43,322 nt of DNA from Octopus sinensis (Eukaryota). The notes under the pieces are model-generated. The model made no database searches. It was given only the letters and a program-made list of their open reading frames with translations, and was not told the origin of the DNA. Where the stretch lies: assembly GCF_006345805.1 (NCBI RefSeq), contig NW_021835218.1:1-43322 (forward strand), read 5' to 3'. A program made the position numbers and the translations under genes. Position 1 is the first letter of the stretch. Each line of letters begins with the position of its first letter. Below are positions 1 to 11,585 of the stretch, in pieces.

Positions 1-1769
1 AGCTTCGCCTTGTATTGCATATTATTTCTCCATACAGGGGTTTTTTCAATGGCGGCCCATTTTCGCGGGGTTCCACTATTTCCCTCTTTTACGTTGTCTG
101 CCATCCCCCCTCTTCCTTTGCTAAGAGCATTTTTAAGCCAGCCCGTCATATTCCTGTGTCAGGCCGAAGAACGAAATGTTCCCAAGATAAGAGAGTCTTT
201 CTAATCTAATGTTGTGGTTGAGCTGTTTATTATTTATTATTATTACTATTATTAGTAGTATTAGTATTGTCCCTTTGATCCTCGGTCGAAAATTTGCTTA
301 TTATTATTATTATTACTATTTTCAGCTTCGCCTTGTATTGCATATTATTTCTCCATACAGGGGTTTTTTCAATGGCGGCCCATTTTCGCGGGGTTCCACT
401 ATTTCCCTTCTCTCTCTCCCTCTTCCTTTGCTAAGAGCATTTTTAAGCCAGCCCGTCATATTCCTGTGTCAGGCCGAAGAACGAAATGTTCCCAAGATAA
501 GAGAGTCTTTCTAATCTAATGTTGTGGTTGAGCTGTTTATTATTTATTACTATTATTAGTAGTATTAGTATTGTCCCTTTGATCCTCGGTCGAAAATTTG
601 CTTATTATTATTACTATTTTCAGCTTCGCCTTGTATTGCATATTATTTCTCCATACAGGGGTTTTTTCAATGGCGGCCCATTTTCGCGGGTTTCCACTAT
701 TTCCCTTCTCTCTCTCCCTCTGCTAAGAGCATTTTTAAGCCAGCCCGTCATATTCCTGTGTGTCAGGCCGAAGAATGAAATGTTCCCAAGATAAGAGAGT
801 TCTTTCTAATCTAATGTTGTGGTTGAGATATTTATTATTATTACTATTATAGTAGTATTAGTATTGTCCCTTTGATCCTCGGTCGACAAATTTGCTTATA
901 TTATATTATTAATATTTTCAGCTTCGCCTTGTATGCATATTATTTCTCCATACAGGGGTTTTTTCAATGGCGGCCCATTTTCGCGGGGTTCCACTATTTC
1001 CCTCTTTACGTTGTCTGCCATCCCCCCTCTTCCTTGCTAAGAGCATTTTTAAGCCAGCCCGTCATATTCCTGTGTCAGGCCGAAGAACGAAATGTTCCCA
1101 AGATAAGAGAGTCCTTTCTAATCTAATGTTGTGGTTGAGCTGTTTATTATTATTATTATTACTATTATTAGTAGTATAGTATTGTCCCTTTGATCCTCGG
1201 TCGAAAATTTGCTTATTATTATTATATTACTATTATTAGTAGTATTAGTATTGTCCTTTGATCCTCGGTCGAAAATTTGCTTATTATTATTTATTACTAT
1301 TTTCAGCTTCGCCTTGTATTGCATATTATTTCTCCATACAGGGGTTTTTTCAATGGCGGCCCATTTTCGCGGGGTTACATTTTCCCTCTTTTATTACGTT
1401 GTCTGCCATCCCCCCTCTTCCTTTGCTAAGAGCATTTTTAAGCCAGCCCGTCATATTCCTGTGTCAGGCCGAAGAACGAAATGTTCCCAAGATAAGAGAG
1501 TCTTTCTAATCTAATGTTGTGTTTGAGCTGTTTATTATTTATTATTATTACTATTATTAGTAGTATTAGTATTGTCCCTTTGATCCTCGGTCGAAAATTT
1601 GCTTATTATTATTATTATTACTATTTTCAGCTTCGCCTTGTATTGCATATTATTTCTCCATACAGGGGTTTTTTCAATGGCGGCCCATTTTCGCGGGGTT
1701 CCACTATTTCCCTTCTCTCTCTCCCTCTTCCTTTGCTAAGAGCATTTTTAAGCCAGCCCGTCATATTCC
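1..1769. repeat. Tandem array, about 5.5 copies of a ~300-385 bp unit (starts before the window)
   Basis: Unit start agcttcgccttg recurs at 1, 324, 622, 920, 1305, 1629; each unit contains a (TTA)n tract; array ends abruptly at ~1769. Confidence 0.95.
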
Positions 1770-2012
1770 CGGTGCACCCGCCCTTGCCCACCACCAATAC
1801 CGGATATCTCTATATTTTTGCTCCATCTATACCGGATGTCGCTTCTCCCACCACCATTATAGGTGTCTACTCTTCGAACCCCCCTCTTCAATACGCTATT
1901 TGACCATGCATTACCCCTCTCTTGATATCCTACGTTCTACTTGCCTAGAACCTGTCATCATTTCTCTGAACCACCCCTCCCCACTGGTGCTCCCCTATAT
2001 TTCTCCCCCCCC

Positions 2013-2227
2013 CACATAAAAAGCACCATCGAACGTGGCCGATGCCAGACCCCTCTGGCCCTGTGCAGGTGGCACGTAAAAAACACCCACTACACTCGCG
2101 GAGTGGTTGGCGTTAGGAAGGGCATCCAGCTGTAGAAACACGCCAGACTAGACTGGAGCAGTCCCGAGCTCCCAGACCCCGGTCGAAACCGTGCTAGCGC
2201 GGAAAATGGACGTTAAATGATGATGAT
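2013..2227 (+). mobile_element. SINE/LINE-tail repeat (ttaggaagggcatccagctgtag family, (GAT)n tail)
   Basis: Same family as 8345-8583; ends in aaatgatgatgat tail. Confidence 0.75.
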
Positions 2228-2281
2228 ATAATATAATATATATATTGTAATATATATAAATATATTATATTATATATTTAT

Positions 2282-2722
2282 ATCATCATCATCATTTAGC
2301 GTCCGTTTTCCATGCTAGCATGGTTGGACGGTTCAACTGGGGAGCCCGAAGGCTGCACCAGGCCAGTCAGTGTTTCTACAGCTGGATGCCCTTCCTAACG
2401 CCAATATATATGTATATATATATATGTATTTATATATGGCGTTAGGAAGGGCATCCAGCTGTAGAAACACTGCCAGGCCTGGTGCAGCCTTCGGGCTCCC
2501 CAGACCCCAGTTGAACCGTCCAACCCATGCTAGCATGGAAAACGGACGCTAAATGATATATATACACACACATAATATATATATGTAAAATTATATATAT
2601 ATCATCATCATCATTTAGCGTCCGTTTTCCATGCTAGCATGGGTTGGACGGTTCAACTGGGGAGCCCGAAGGCTGCACCAGGCCAGTCAGTGTTTCTACA
2701 GCTGGATGCCCTTCCAACGCCA
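2282..2722. repeat. Three ~120 bp truncated copies of the same tail in alternating orientation (-,+,-)
   Basis: 2282-2403 (-), 2437-2557 (+), 2601-2722 (-); all truncated at tggcgtt/aac(g)cca and separated by TA-rich spacers. Confidence 0.9.
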
Positions 2723-3480
2723 ATATATATACAATAATATGTATATATATAAATAATATATATGTATTATATAAATATTTATATATATAAACATATATAT
2801 TATAATATATTATAATATAAATAATACACATACATATATTATATATAAATATAATATAATATATAATAATTATATATAAAACATTATATTATAAATAATA
2901 TAATATATTATAAATAATATATATAATATAAATAATATATATATTACATATATATATACTACATACATATATATTACATCATATAATATATACATATAAT
3001 ATATATTAATATATATATTAATATATATATATAAATATATATATTAATACACATATTAATATATATAATATATATATAATATTATATATATAATATATAA
3101 ATAATATATATATATAATATATATTAATATATATAATACATATATATATAACATCTATATAAAAAATATACATATATTATATATATAATATATATATATT
3201 ATAATATAATATATATTATATAATATAATATATATATATATATAATATATTATCAATAATATATATAATAATATATATATAATATATATAATCCTATATA
3301 TATATTATACTATAATATATTATATTATATTATTATTATTATATTATATTTATTTATTTTTTATATATATAATTTATATATATTATAATATTTATGTATA
3401 TTATATATATAATTTATATAATATACATAATTTATATATATTATATAATATTTATATATATATAAATAAAACATATGTAC
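2723..3480. repeat. Degenerate (TA)n/AT-only low-complexity tract
   Basis: Almost exclusively A/T for ~750 bp. Confidence 0.95.
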
Positions 3481-3491
3481 GTACCTACCTC

Positions 3492-3989
3492 TACAGGCAA
3501 ATGAAACAAAAAAGTGTTTTTATTTTTGAAAAGAACATAAAATGCCATTTTATTTCAAAAATTAAATCAGTCAAATGGGATCCATTATTGTCCACACACT
3601 GTCGAAGGCGTTCACGAAAGTTGTCAATCACTCGGCGGGTCATTTCATGTGGAATGGCTGTAATTTCTTGACGAATTGAATCTTTAAGTTCTGGCGTTGC
3701 GAGGTCGGCCGGTTGATTTTCGTTTCAATGCAGATCCAGTAGCTCTGAAGTTGGTAACCCATAAGAAGATCGTGTTTCGAGCTGGTACGGGATCATGTCT
3801 ACCAAGATTGAAGTGCAAACGGAACGCTCTTTGTGTTGCATTTACAGAATCGTTTGTTTTGATAAACGTTTCCACAATGAAAGTGCGATGCTCACCAGTC
3901 CAATTCATGGCAGCAACTGAAAGAGAAACGAAAAACAATGCCTTTTATTTAATCTACAAATGTGTCAGATCATTTTGCCTGACCCTGTA
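3492..3989 (-). mobile_element. Internally deleted Tc1/mariner-superfamily transposon (DUF4817-type HTH N-terminus joined to transposase C-terminus)
   Basis: Minus strand MNWTGEHRTFIVETFIKTNDSVNATQRAFRLHF...GRPRNART, then in another frame ELKDSIRQEITAIPHEMTRRVIDNFRERLRQCVDNNGSHLTDLIF; right end TA-CAGGGTCAGGCAAAATGA, degenerate left end TA-CAGGCAAATGA. Confidence 0.85.
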
Positions 3990-4448
3990 TATATGAGTAC
4001 AGGACACCAAGGAACTGGACATTTTTCTTAAACAACAACAAAAATAGAGTACAGGACAAATAACACAAGGAAAAAAACCCTTCTTCAGTCACCATGGTTT
4101 CATCCACTCTACGTTTCGATACATAAGACCTGTCGAGGCAAATCAAATCAGAATCGCTGACGTGGCCGATGATAGTATCGTCTGATCGGCACTTGTGCCA
4201 GTGGAACGTTAAAAGTATATACCCCCCCCCCCCCCAGACAAAAGATAGCCTATACGGAGGTGGAGTCAAATCCCATTTTAGGGACTCAGCTATGTTCTAA
4301 AATAAGTCGAAAGGTAAGCTACTATAAATCGGCATGAACTTCCTGGACAACACAATATAATTTCTTATTAAATTCCCTCCTAAACTGAAATGTCTCAGAC
4401 TTTTGTGTCTCTTATTAAAACGCTTGTAGTTGGGATAAGAGTAGTTTT

Positions 4449-5046
4449 CCTTGACACTAAAAATTGTGTTTTAAAAACATTTTTCTATTTCTATAGAAAC
4501 ATTTTACCCAACTTGTATACAAATGCGTTTATATATGGAAGTGTGATAGTGCTAATTGCGTATGTCAATACACACATGGATGTAAGTGTGTGTGTGTGTA
4601 TGTATGCAAGTATATGCAGACACACACATATATGTATAAATGCATGCAAGCATGTATATATGTATGCATAAAGTACGGATGCATGTCTGCCAGCATATAT
4701 ATATATATGTATGTATGCATACATATATGAGTATATGCATATATGGATGTAAGTGTGTGTATATGTATGCATGCAAGCATATATGTGTGTGTATATGTAT
4801 GTATGCAAGCATATGTGTGTGTATATGCATGCATATATATATGTATGAATGAATGTAAGTATGCATGTATATATAAAGTACGGATGTATGCATGCAAGCA
4901 TGTATATATATATGTGTATGTACAGACATACACACATAGCACTATCACACTTCCATATATAAACGCATCTGTATACAAGTTGGGTAAAATGTTTCTTGAG
5001 AAAAAGAAAGATGTTTTTAAACACTATTTTTGGTCAGTCTAAGAGG
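4449..5046. mobile_element. Foldback/MITE-like element with ~105 bp inverted arms around a microsatellite-like core
   Basis: 4449-4554 is the reverse complement of 4937-5046 (e.g. gaaacattttacccaacttgtatac / gtatacaagttgggtaaaatgtttc). Confidence 0.75.
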
Positions 5047-5363
5047 CTATAATGGAAGACGCGTGCCATACAGTGGGATTGAACCGAGAACTATGTGGTT
5101 AGGAATATAAATTAAATCAAATTTCACAGTATAAAACCACTATTATGCAACTCAAACAGTGATAGACATAAACCTATACATAACATATCTAGACAGGGAG
5201 CTCAAAGAGTGTAGAGTTAATTGGACATGTTGTTTGAGTGTAGATGTCGACAGGGTGTACATACAAACAAGCACTCAGCATAAAGCCTTTATATCTGCTT
5301 TTTTTTTTGACCAAATTCCAATTCATTGAGATTCTAATATTTCTTTCCCTTGATTCTTTGCAG

Positions 5364-5876
5364 AGTTGTTGGAACTGCGGACGCAAAGCGAGTGAGACGT
5401 GCAGCGGGTGCAACATCGCTCGATATTGCGGTTCGTTCTGCCAACACAAAGACTGGGAGAACCACCATCATGTCTGCGGCAAGACACCAATGACGACGGG
5501 CAGCAGTGATGGTCGCGAAAGCAAACCACAGATCACAGCACCACAGCTCTCATCATCCTCTTCCACCACCACCACCAACCTCCTCCTCCGCACCTCCACG
5601 TCGTCGTCTCCACTGTCCAGCTGCTCCTCCACAGCCTCATCACAGCAACAGCAATCACAGAACCTACAGAGATGTACGGCGGGGCCGGGCATACAGCAGC
5701 CCCTGTCGCTGTCGACCAGCTCGGACGTCGCCTCAACGACCCTCCTCACCACCCAGCCACCCTCTTCCCCCAGTCCGACGCACTCCGTCATCTCTGCCAG
5801 CGCACACTCTCCGCAACACTCTGCGGCGGGGTCGCGGTCGAGCACGCCTGCCGAGAATGGCCGACCCGTGTCGTAA
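5364..5876 (+). CDS. CBFA2T/nvy: Terminal coding exon of a nervy/CBFA2T (MTG8/ETO) family co-repressor: NHR4/MYND zinc finger plus S/T/Q-rich tail
   Basis: [39 protein letters not shown] closely matches the MTG8/ETO MYND; preceded by pyrimidine tract and tttgcag acceptor at 5363 (phase 0); stop TAA 5874-5876; SRSSTP near the C-terminus; upstream exons not found in the window. Confidence 0.92.
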   Translation, partial: SCWNCGRKASETCSGCNIARYCGSFCQHKDWENHHHVCGKTPMTTGSSDGRESKPQITAPQLSSSSSTTTTNLLLRTSTSSSPLSSCSSTASSQQQQSQNLQRCTAGPGIQQPLSLSTSSDVASTTLLTTQPPSSPSPTHSVISASAHSPQHSAAGSRSSTPAENGRPVS

Positions 5877-8284
5877 AAGGGCGTGCTTATGTCCGTGACC
5901 TCTGGGGGGTCAGTTGTGATTGCTGCGTAAAAGAGAAACACAAACAGTAATATTAATAATTATAATAATGGGCAACTCCAACATGAACAAATTTAAAGAA
6001 TGTCTGTCTCCATATTCTCTTGTCTTTCTCTATTTTCATCCCTTCCTGAATTCTCTTTTACCTCCTACTCTATTCTAATCCCTCTGTGTAAACTGTCTTG
6101 GGTACAAAGGACCTATGCACTGTTTAGTGGTCATTTTATATAAACATATATATAAAACTATTGACCACCACATCAGACAGACTGTCCATGTAATAGGTTG
6201 CAATCGACCTACCCTCTTTATCCCTTCCATCTCTCTGCTGCCCTGCTTTTCAATCTCCCCTCACATGAGCATACACCCCCCCCCCTGTACCCCAACTAAT
6301 TGTTTTTGTTTATTTTCATCCCACCCCACACCCTGTCCTTTTCACCCCCACCCTCCCAAAAAACAAAATGGCGACAATAAGAACAACGTTACATGACAAG
6401 AATCACCATGGTAACAACATCTACTGCTACAAGACTTAAAGACTAAAATGTGTTTCTTTTAAAAGAATTGTCTTGGAAAAACAATTACAATAATAATGGT
6501 TTCAAATTTTGGCACCATGCCAGCAATTTTGGATTTGATGTAATCAACCCCCCACCCTCAGTGCTTGACTGGCCCTTATTTCATCAGAAACGTTAAAGAT
6601 GGATGAAAAATGCCACTGGGCATTTCGCCCCCTCCTTAATAAAAGATAAAGACAATGTGTCTTTTAGTGATGGAAAAGTTCTTAGCTGTGGACAAAATTA
6701 AAGAAAAAAAAAAAAACTGTGGGGCCTGGCACATCATGATTCTACTCTCTCCGAGTTGTTTTGTTCCGATTGTGTGATGGTGTTTTACGGGGTTGTTATA
6801 TTGGGTAATATATTTTTTGTTTGTGTGGGCATGTGTTGTGGAAGGGAAGAGGTCGTGTGTGTGATTCCAACAAACCAATCAATGCTAATCCTAACACCAC
6901 CTGTACTCCATCACTACGTACTTACACTCTCTGCATCTTTGTCAATCTGTCTCTCACCTTACATCCTTGTTTCTCTCTCTCTATATATATATATCTGCAG
7001 TTGTGTTTGTCTGTTTTAGCATCTCTACATCTTCATGTCTCTCCCTATTTTTGTCTTTCTCTCTCTGCCCCTTGTTTTTTCATTTTAAAGCTAATTAGTT
7101 TTGTTGTTTCAAACAAGAGAGAACAGCAAAAATGTTATGATCCCACCCCACCTTCAACTGTCCATTTATTCGTCTCTAACTGTTTAAGCTGTAGACCAAC
7201 CTACAGATGGGTGGAATGGGGCTGGCTGAGTGTTTGATACAAAACCATTGTGGTCTGATTTAACTTAGCTGTTTGACAAGTAGAAATTGATAAAAGCAGT
7301 AACTGAGTGAATTATATATGACAGGGAGGACCTTTTGAAGGCGGTACTCCAGCATGGCTGCAACTTGCAAAAAGAAAGACAGCAGTCTCTGTCAATTGGG
7401 TGTGTATTATATATATATATACACACATAGAGACTAGATATCTAGACAGGGTGTTGATGTGGTGTATATATATAGATACACTGTGGATTTTGTGTGAGTG
7501 TAGAGTTGACTGGACATCAAAAGTAGACATGTTGTTTGAGTGTGTGTATATGTACTGTTGATTGGGTGTATATATAGTGTAGATGTCGACAGGGGGTACA
7601 TACAGACAGACAAGCACTAAGCATAAATGTCACTCACCGTCCTCTAATTTTTTCAGTTATTCCATTAGTTACAGCATCGTCCACCAGATGGATAAGTCCT
7701 GTAGCTTCAACCGTTTGTACTGCTGTTAGAAAGAAATAAAAAACACTCCCTTTATACGAGAAACGGAAGCTTCACAGATGGACAGGTGGTCCTTGCTGGA
7801 ACTTTCAATTTTCTGAACTGCTGAAAAACCAAAACAAAACTCTGATTATCTCCCTTTACACGAGAACCGGAAGTTTCTCAAGTGACACTGAAAACTGTAT
7901 CCTAAAAGCACTGCCCCCCCCCTCTGTGTCCCTTTTGCACCAGGAAACGACCCCCTCCTCTTCCACAAATTTTTGCTATTGTGTCTAGTCAAAAGAAGAA
8001 GAAAAAAAAACAATGGTATAGTTTTTTTCTTAAAGTTACTCAGTATACAAACATTTTGACCCCTGAACGTAACCTACCCCACAGATGTGATCCAGTCCGC
8101 CACAACAAACTCTTGAAAAAAGAAAATACTCAAGAAATCACACACCACAGATGTGGTACTGTCCCCCGCCACCCCACAAACAATTGATCTGATTCCCTCC
8201 ACCCGCCATGACTACCACTCCACTGACCCCCAACCCAAATCTTCCCCTCCTATCAAATTTTACCTCCAATTTGTAACTTATATA

Positions 8285-8335
8285 AATAAAAAACTTCCCA
8301 AACAACTAGTCATATCATAACTTGTGTCATTGTTA
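8285..8335 (+). terminator. Candidate polyadenylation site for the nervy-like transcript
   Basis: AATAAA at 8285-8290 followed ~30 nt later by GU-rich ttgtgtcattgtt; repeat-poor sequence from the stop codon ends here; alternative AATAAA at 6638 and 7735. Confidence 0.4.
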
Positions 8336-8344
8336 TCATTAATT

Positions 8345-8583
8345 CCAGCGCCGCCTTCACTGGCTTCTGTGCCGGTGGCAAGTAAAAAGCACCAACCGAT
8401 CGTGGGCGCTGCCAGACTCCCCTGGCACGTAAAAAGCACACACTACACTCACAGAGTGGTTGGCGTTAGGAAGAGCATCCAGCTGTAGAAACACTGCCAG
8501 ATCAGACTGGAGCAGCCTCCAGTCTTCCCAGACCCCGGTCCAACCCGTGCTAGCACGCAAAAACGGACGTTAAACGATGATGA
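8345..8583 (+). mobile_element. SINE/LINE-tail repeat (same family as 2013-2227)
   Basis: ggcacgtaaaaagcac...ttaggaagagcatccagctgtagaaacactgccagatcagactggagc...gatgatga. Confidence 0.8.
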
Positions 8584-8829
8584 ATAAGGGTGGCGAGCTG
8601 GACGAAATGCTCATCGGTGTTCCACCCGTCGCTACGTTCCGAGTTCAAATATGGGTACAGAACATAAAAAAAACGTTGAAAATAACGAGAAACGAAAACA
8701 TACAAACGAACTTGTTTTTTTTCTGACAACGAAAAAAAAAAACCCAAAACAAATGTGATCACCCATTTTGGCAAAATAATTTGCATACATGTCCTTAAAC
8801 TAATTTTGCCGGTAAGTTTGAAACCTTTA

Positions 8830-9250
8830 TATTAATTTAGCATTAGAATTCTTCAAGCTGTATAAAAATGGTTATATTCTGCATAAGGTGTGAACGATAA
8901 AAACAATTTGTATGGTGTTAGTAACAGAATATTTTGTAAGAAATAGAAAGAACTTTTATCATCGGTCTTAAATAATAAATTAAATATATATTTGATTAAT
9001 ATCAATTAAAAACCAGTGGTGTAGCATACAGAGAAATCTGAAGATTCAGAAAAATTATATTACATACATATAAGAGCGATGACCACTAAGTGGACACCAA
9101 TATGCCAGAAGTAGACCCCCTATGGTCTTACCACTATCATTAATAGGGTGGCGAGCTGGACGAAATGCTTAGCGGTGTTTCACCCGTCGCTACGTTCTGA
9201 GCTCAAACTCAACGCGAGGTTCACTTTTCCTTTCATGCTTTTTGGGTCGA
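8830..9250 (+). repeat. AT-rich interspersed repeat fused to a tRNA-derived SINE (family B) head
   Basis: AT-rich part recurs at ~12500-12730 and ~25738-25870; SINE head gggtggcgagctgg...gttctgagctcaaa follows. Confidence 0.7.
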
Positions 9251-9659
9251 TGCAAAATTAGTAGAAAGGGTTTCTGTTATCTTCAGAAATGTAAACAAAT
9301 CCACTTACGATACCTATACCGAAGGATCGCCAAGAGATGAAATATAAAATGCGAATTTCATGCTTTAGAATGTAGGATATTTATAAAATGGGAAAAAGGA
9401 AAGAAACCGGGACATGTTCTATTCCTCGCCAAAGTAAGTTGCGTTGGGAAGAGATGAATAATAATGTTATGGCCTCACCTAGAAAAATGCTTCCTGGCTT
9501 TGTCAGAACATCGACAAAGAAGAAGAGAAAGAACTACTTGTTCCTTATTCAAACAAACAGAAAAAAATCAGGTCTGTCGGGGGTACGGTAGACTAGGATC
9601 GAACCCCGAATATTTCCTACCGCCAGAGAAAAGAATGTTTTACAGGCGCAGGCTCGGTC

Positions 9660-9768
9660 ATTGGTCGCCTGACGTCACTACCGCTTTTCAATTTCAACCA
9701 ATAATATTAAAGAATCGACGTCAGATATCTGTGTAACGGTTGCTATGACAATATTGTGTGCGCGCGCG
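9660..9768. promoter_or_regulatory. Promoter/enhancer-like cluster: CCAAT boxes, CRE, RFX X-box-like site, CG run
   Basis: ATTGG 9660, TGACGTCA 9670-9677, CCAAT 9698, GTTGCTATGACAAT 9739-9752, CGCGCGCG 9761-9768. Confidence 0.35.
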
Positions 9769-9871
9769 TATGCATTTCTTTATTTTGTATATAAGTATAT
9801 GTATAGAAATTAAATTCACCTCAATAGACGTCATTGGTTTAAATTGCCGAAATGCAAGAAATTAAACAACA

Positions 9872-10216
9872 AAGTAGCTTGCTTACGAACCACATGGTTT
9901 CGGGTTCAGTCCCACTGCGTGGCACCTTGGGCAAGTGTCTTCTACTATAGCCTCGGGCCAATCAAAGCCTTGTGAGTGGATTTGGTAGACGGAAACTGAA
10001 AGAAGCCCGTTGTATATATATGTGTGTTGTGTTTGTCCTCACCAACATCGCTTGACAACCGATGCTGGTGTGTTTACGTCCCCGTAACTTAGCGGTTCGG
10101 CAAAAGAGACCAATAGAATAAGTACTAGGCTTACAAAGAATAAGTCCTGGTGTCAATTTCCTCGACTAAAGGCGGTGCTCCAGCATGGCCACAGTCAAAT
10201 GACTGAAACAAGTAAG
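9872..10216 (+). mobile_element. tRNA-derived SINE family A
   Basis: B-box-like ggttcagtccc head, gtggatttggtagacggaaactgaaagaagcccg body, internal TA/TG microsatellite, gactgaaacaagtaa tail. Confidence 0.85.
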
Positions 10217-10587
10217 TGAGAAAAACTATAGAATTTTCCCAATAAAGCCAAGATAAAAAGATGTTTTATAAACACATTCTACCAGGATACGAAGTTTAAA
10301 AGTGTTTAGTTACAAAGAAATTATGTTTAAAATCTGCCGGTCAAAGCGAAAAGATCTAATGTATGTGTTTATGTGGCTGTATCTATTTTTGTGTATGAAT
10401 GCGTACACACACGCATATACAAATACACATTCATATACAGTACTTACACAAAAAAAATACATAAGCAATGAAACTGAAAAAAAATTGAAATAAGATTTTA
10501 CGGAAATTACTGAAGGGATATGTTTCGATACAGGTATAGCTTAGGAAAGGAAATCAACTATATGTTGTACTGCAATTATATCAGGTT

Positions 10588-10924
10588 ACTAGCAGTATCG
10601 CTCGGGTTTGTTTCGACCCTTTGGAATTTTTGAAAAGTAAAAATTTTGCATTATGTAGCTTGTTATTCTCTTTAAGTGAACATTTTACTGGTAATAATAC
10701 ACCGAAAATTGGTGACACAGCAGTCAAAAAATAGGGATTTTCATAGACCCCCCCCACCTTTTGATGTTAACATGGTCCGATTTGAATTTTATAATGTACG
10801 GAAAGAAGAGCAAGCCTTCTTCTATCATACTCTCAATTTTGGTCAACTTGTGCCGCAGGGTCTCGTAGGAGATAGTGTTAGTAGAAGGCTGCCATACACA
10901 GACAACTTCAGCTTTATATATAGA
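10588..10924 (+). mobile_element. Non-autonomous Helitron/Helentron-like element (copy 1)
   Basis: Starts ACTAGCAGTATCGCTCGGG, ends cacagacaacttcagctttatatatag; second copy at 16174-16537; end structure resembles Lep1/DINE-type elements (inference). Confidence 0.55.
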
Positions 10925-11271
10925 GAGATTAAGTTGTAAAACTTAAAAACCACATGAATTTATTATAGTTACAATGGGTGTTATTCTGGCTCTTGTGGGA
11001 ACGACGGGGCTAATGTTTAGATGTATTTTAACCCACCAAAATATACGAGTTGTAAATATTCAGACACACTTGTAGGTTCCTAAATTAGTATTTAAAAGGA
11101 ATGCATAGAGATTATTGCTAAGAAGAATTTGGAGTAACATCCCAATGATAAACTGGTATAATTAGATATTTTATCTAAAGCTATTTATACACACACACAC
11201 ATAAATAAATAAACATACACCTTATTAGTGTATATGTTTGTATATATATATGCACACACATATATGTCCGC

Positions 11272-11585
11272 ACTCGTGGACATGTTTACAAAGTCAGAAA
11301 ACAGCACAGCTCCTTCCATGACTTTCGGAAACATTTTTTCACGCTGAGAGTTGCTGAAGCATGGAACAAACTGCCGGCATCAGTTGTTGGAGCAGTGCAT
11401 CCTTCAAAACTTCCTGAGATTCGCCAACACTACACCTGATCTTCTCCCCTCCATACACACAAGCAAGCATCTATCTGACTCATACATTGTTCACTTCACA
11501 GACATTTCTACATCACTGCAGATGCTTTATACGCACTTTTCACAAGTTGTGGGGCACCTGAGCACTGTATAATGATTTCATTATT
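11272..11585 (+). mobile_element. CR1-clade LINE 3' fragment
   Basis: TRGHVYKVRKQHSSFHDFRKHFFTLRVAEAWNKLPASVV plus 3' UTR shared with 27505-28300. Confidence 0.85.

Noticed and set aside
1-1769. Short ORFs, a CRISPR-like array or a ribozyme in the opening tandem repeat
   Set aside because: ORFs shift frame between copies and resemble no known protein; there are no unique spacers; CCGAAGA-ac-GAAA lacks stem II, and the minus-strand GAAA stem has no CUGANGA core and a G at position 17
4081-4135. CTGAAGA and GAAACGTA on the minus strand as a hammerhead
   Set aside because: Order would require type II topology, but helix I and stem II do not pair
4491-5042. Long Y/I/H/T/C/V-rich ORFs (also 27086-27491, 32422-33031, 41563-42126)
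   Set aside because: Translations of (TA)n/(CA)n microsatellites
5468-5950. Overlapping ORFs in other frames and on the opposite strand of the MYND exon
   Set aside because: By-products of the GC-rich real exon; no recognisable domains
9038-9060. CTGAAGA..GAAA motifs at 9038, ~9285, 12460 and ~25779
   Set aside because: No stem II and no helix I/III pairing; part of an AT-rich repeat
9388-9433. Plus-strand mini-exon MGKRKETGTCSIPRQ ending at a GTAAGT donor
   Set aside because: No promoter or acceptor support and no recognisable homology; too short to call
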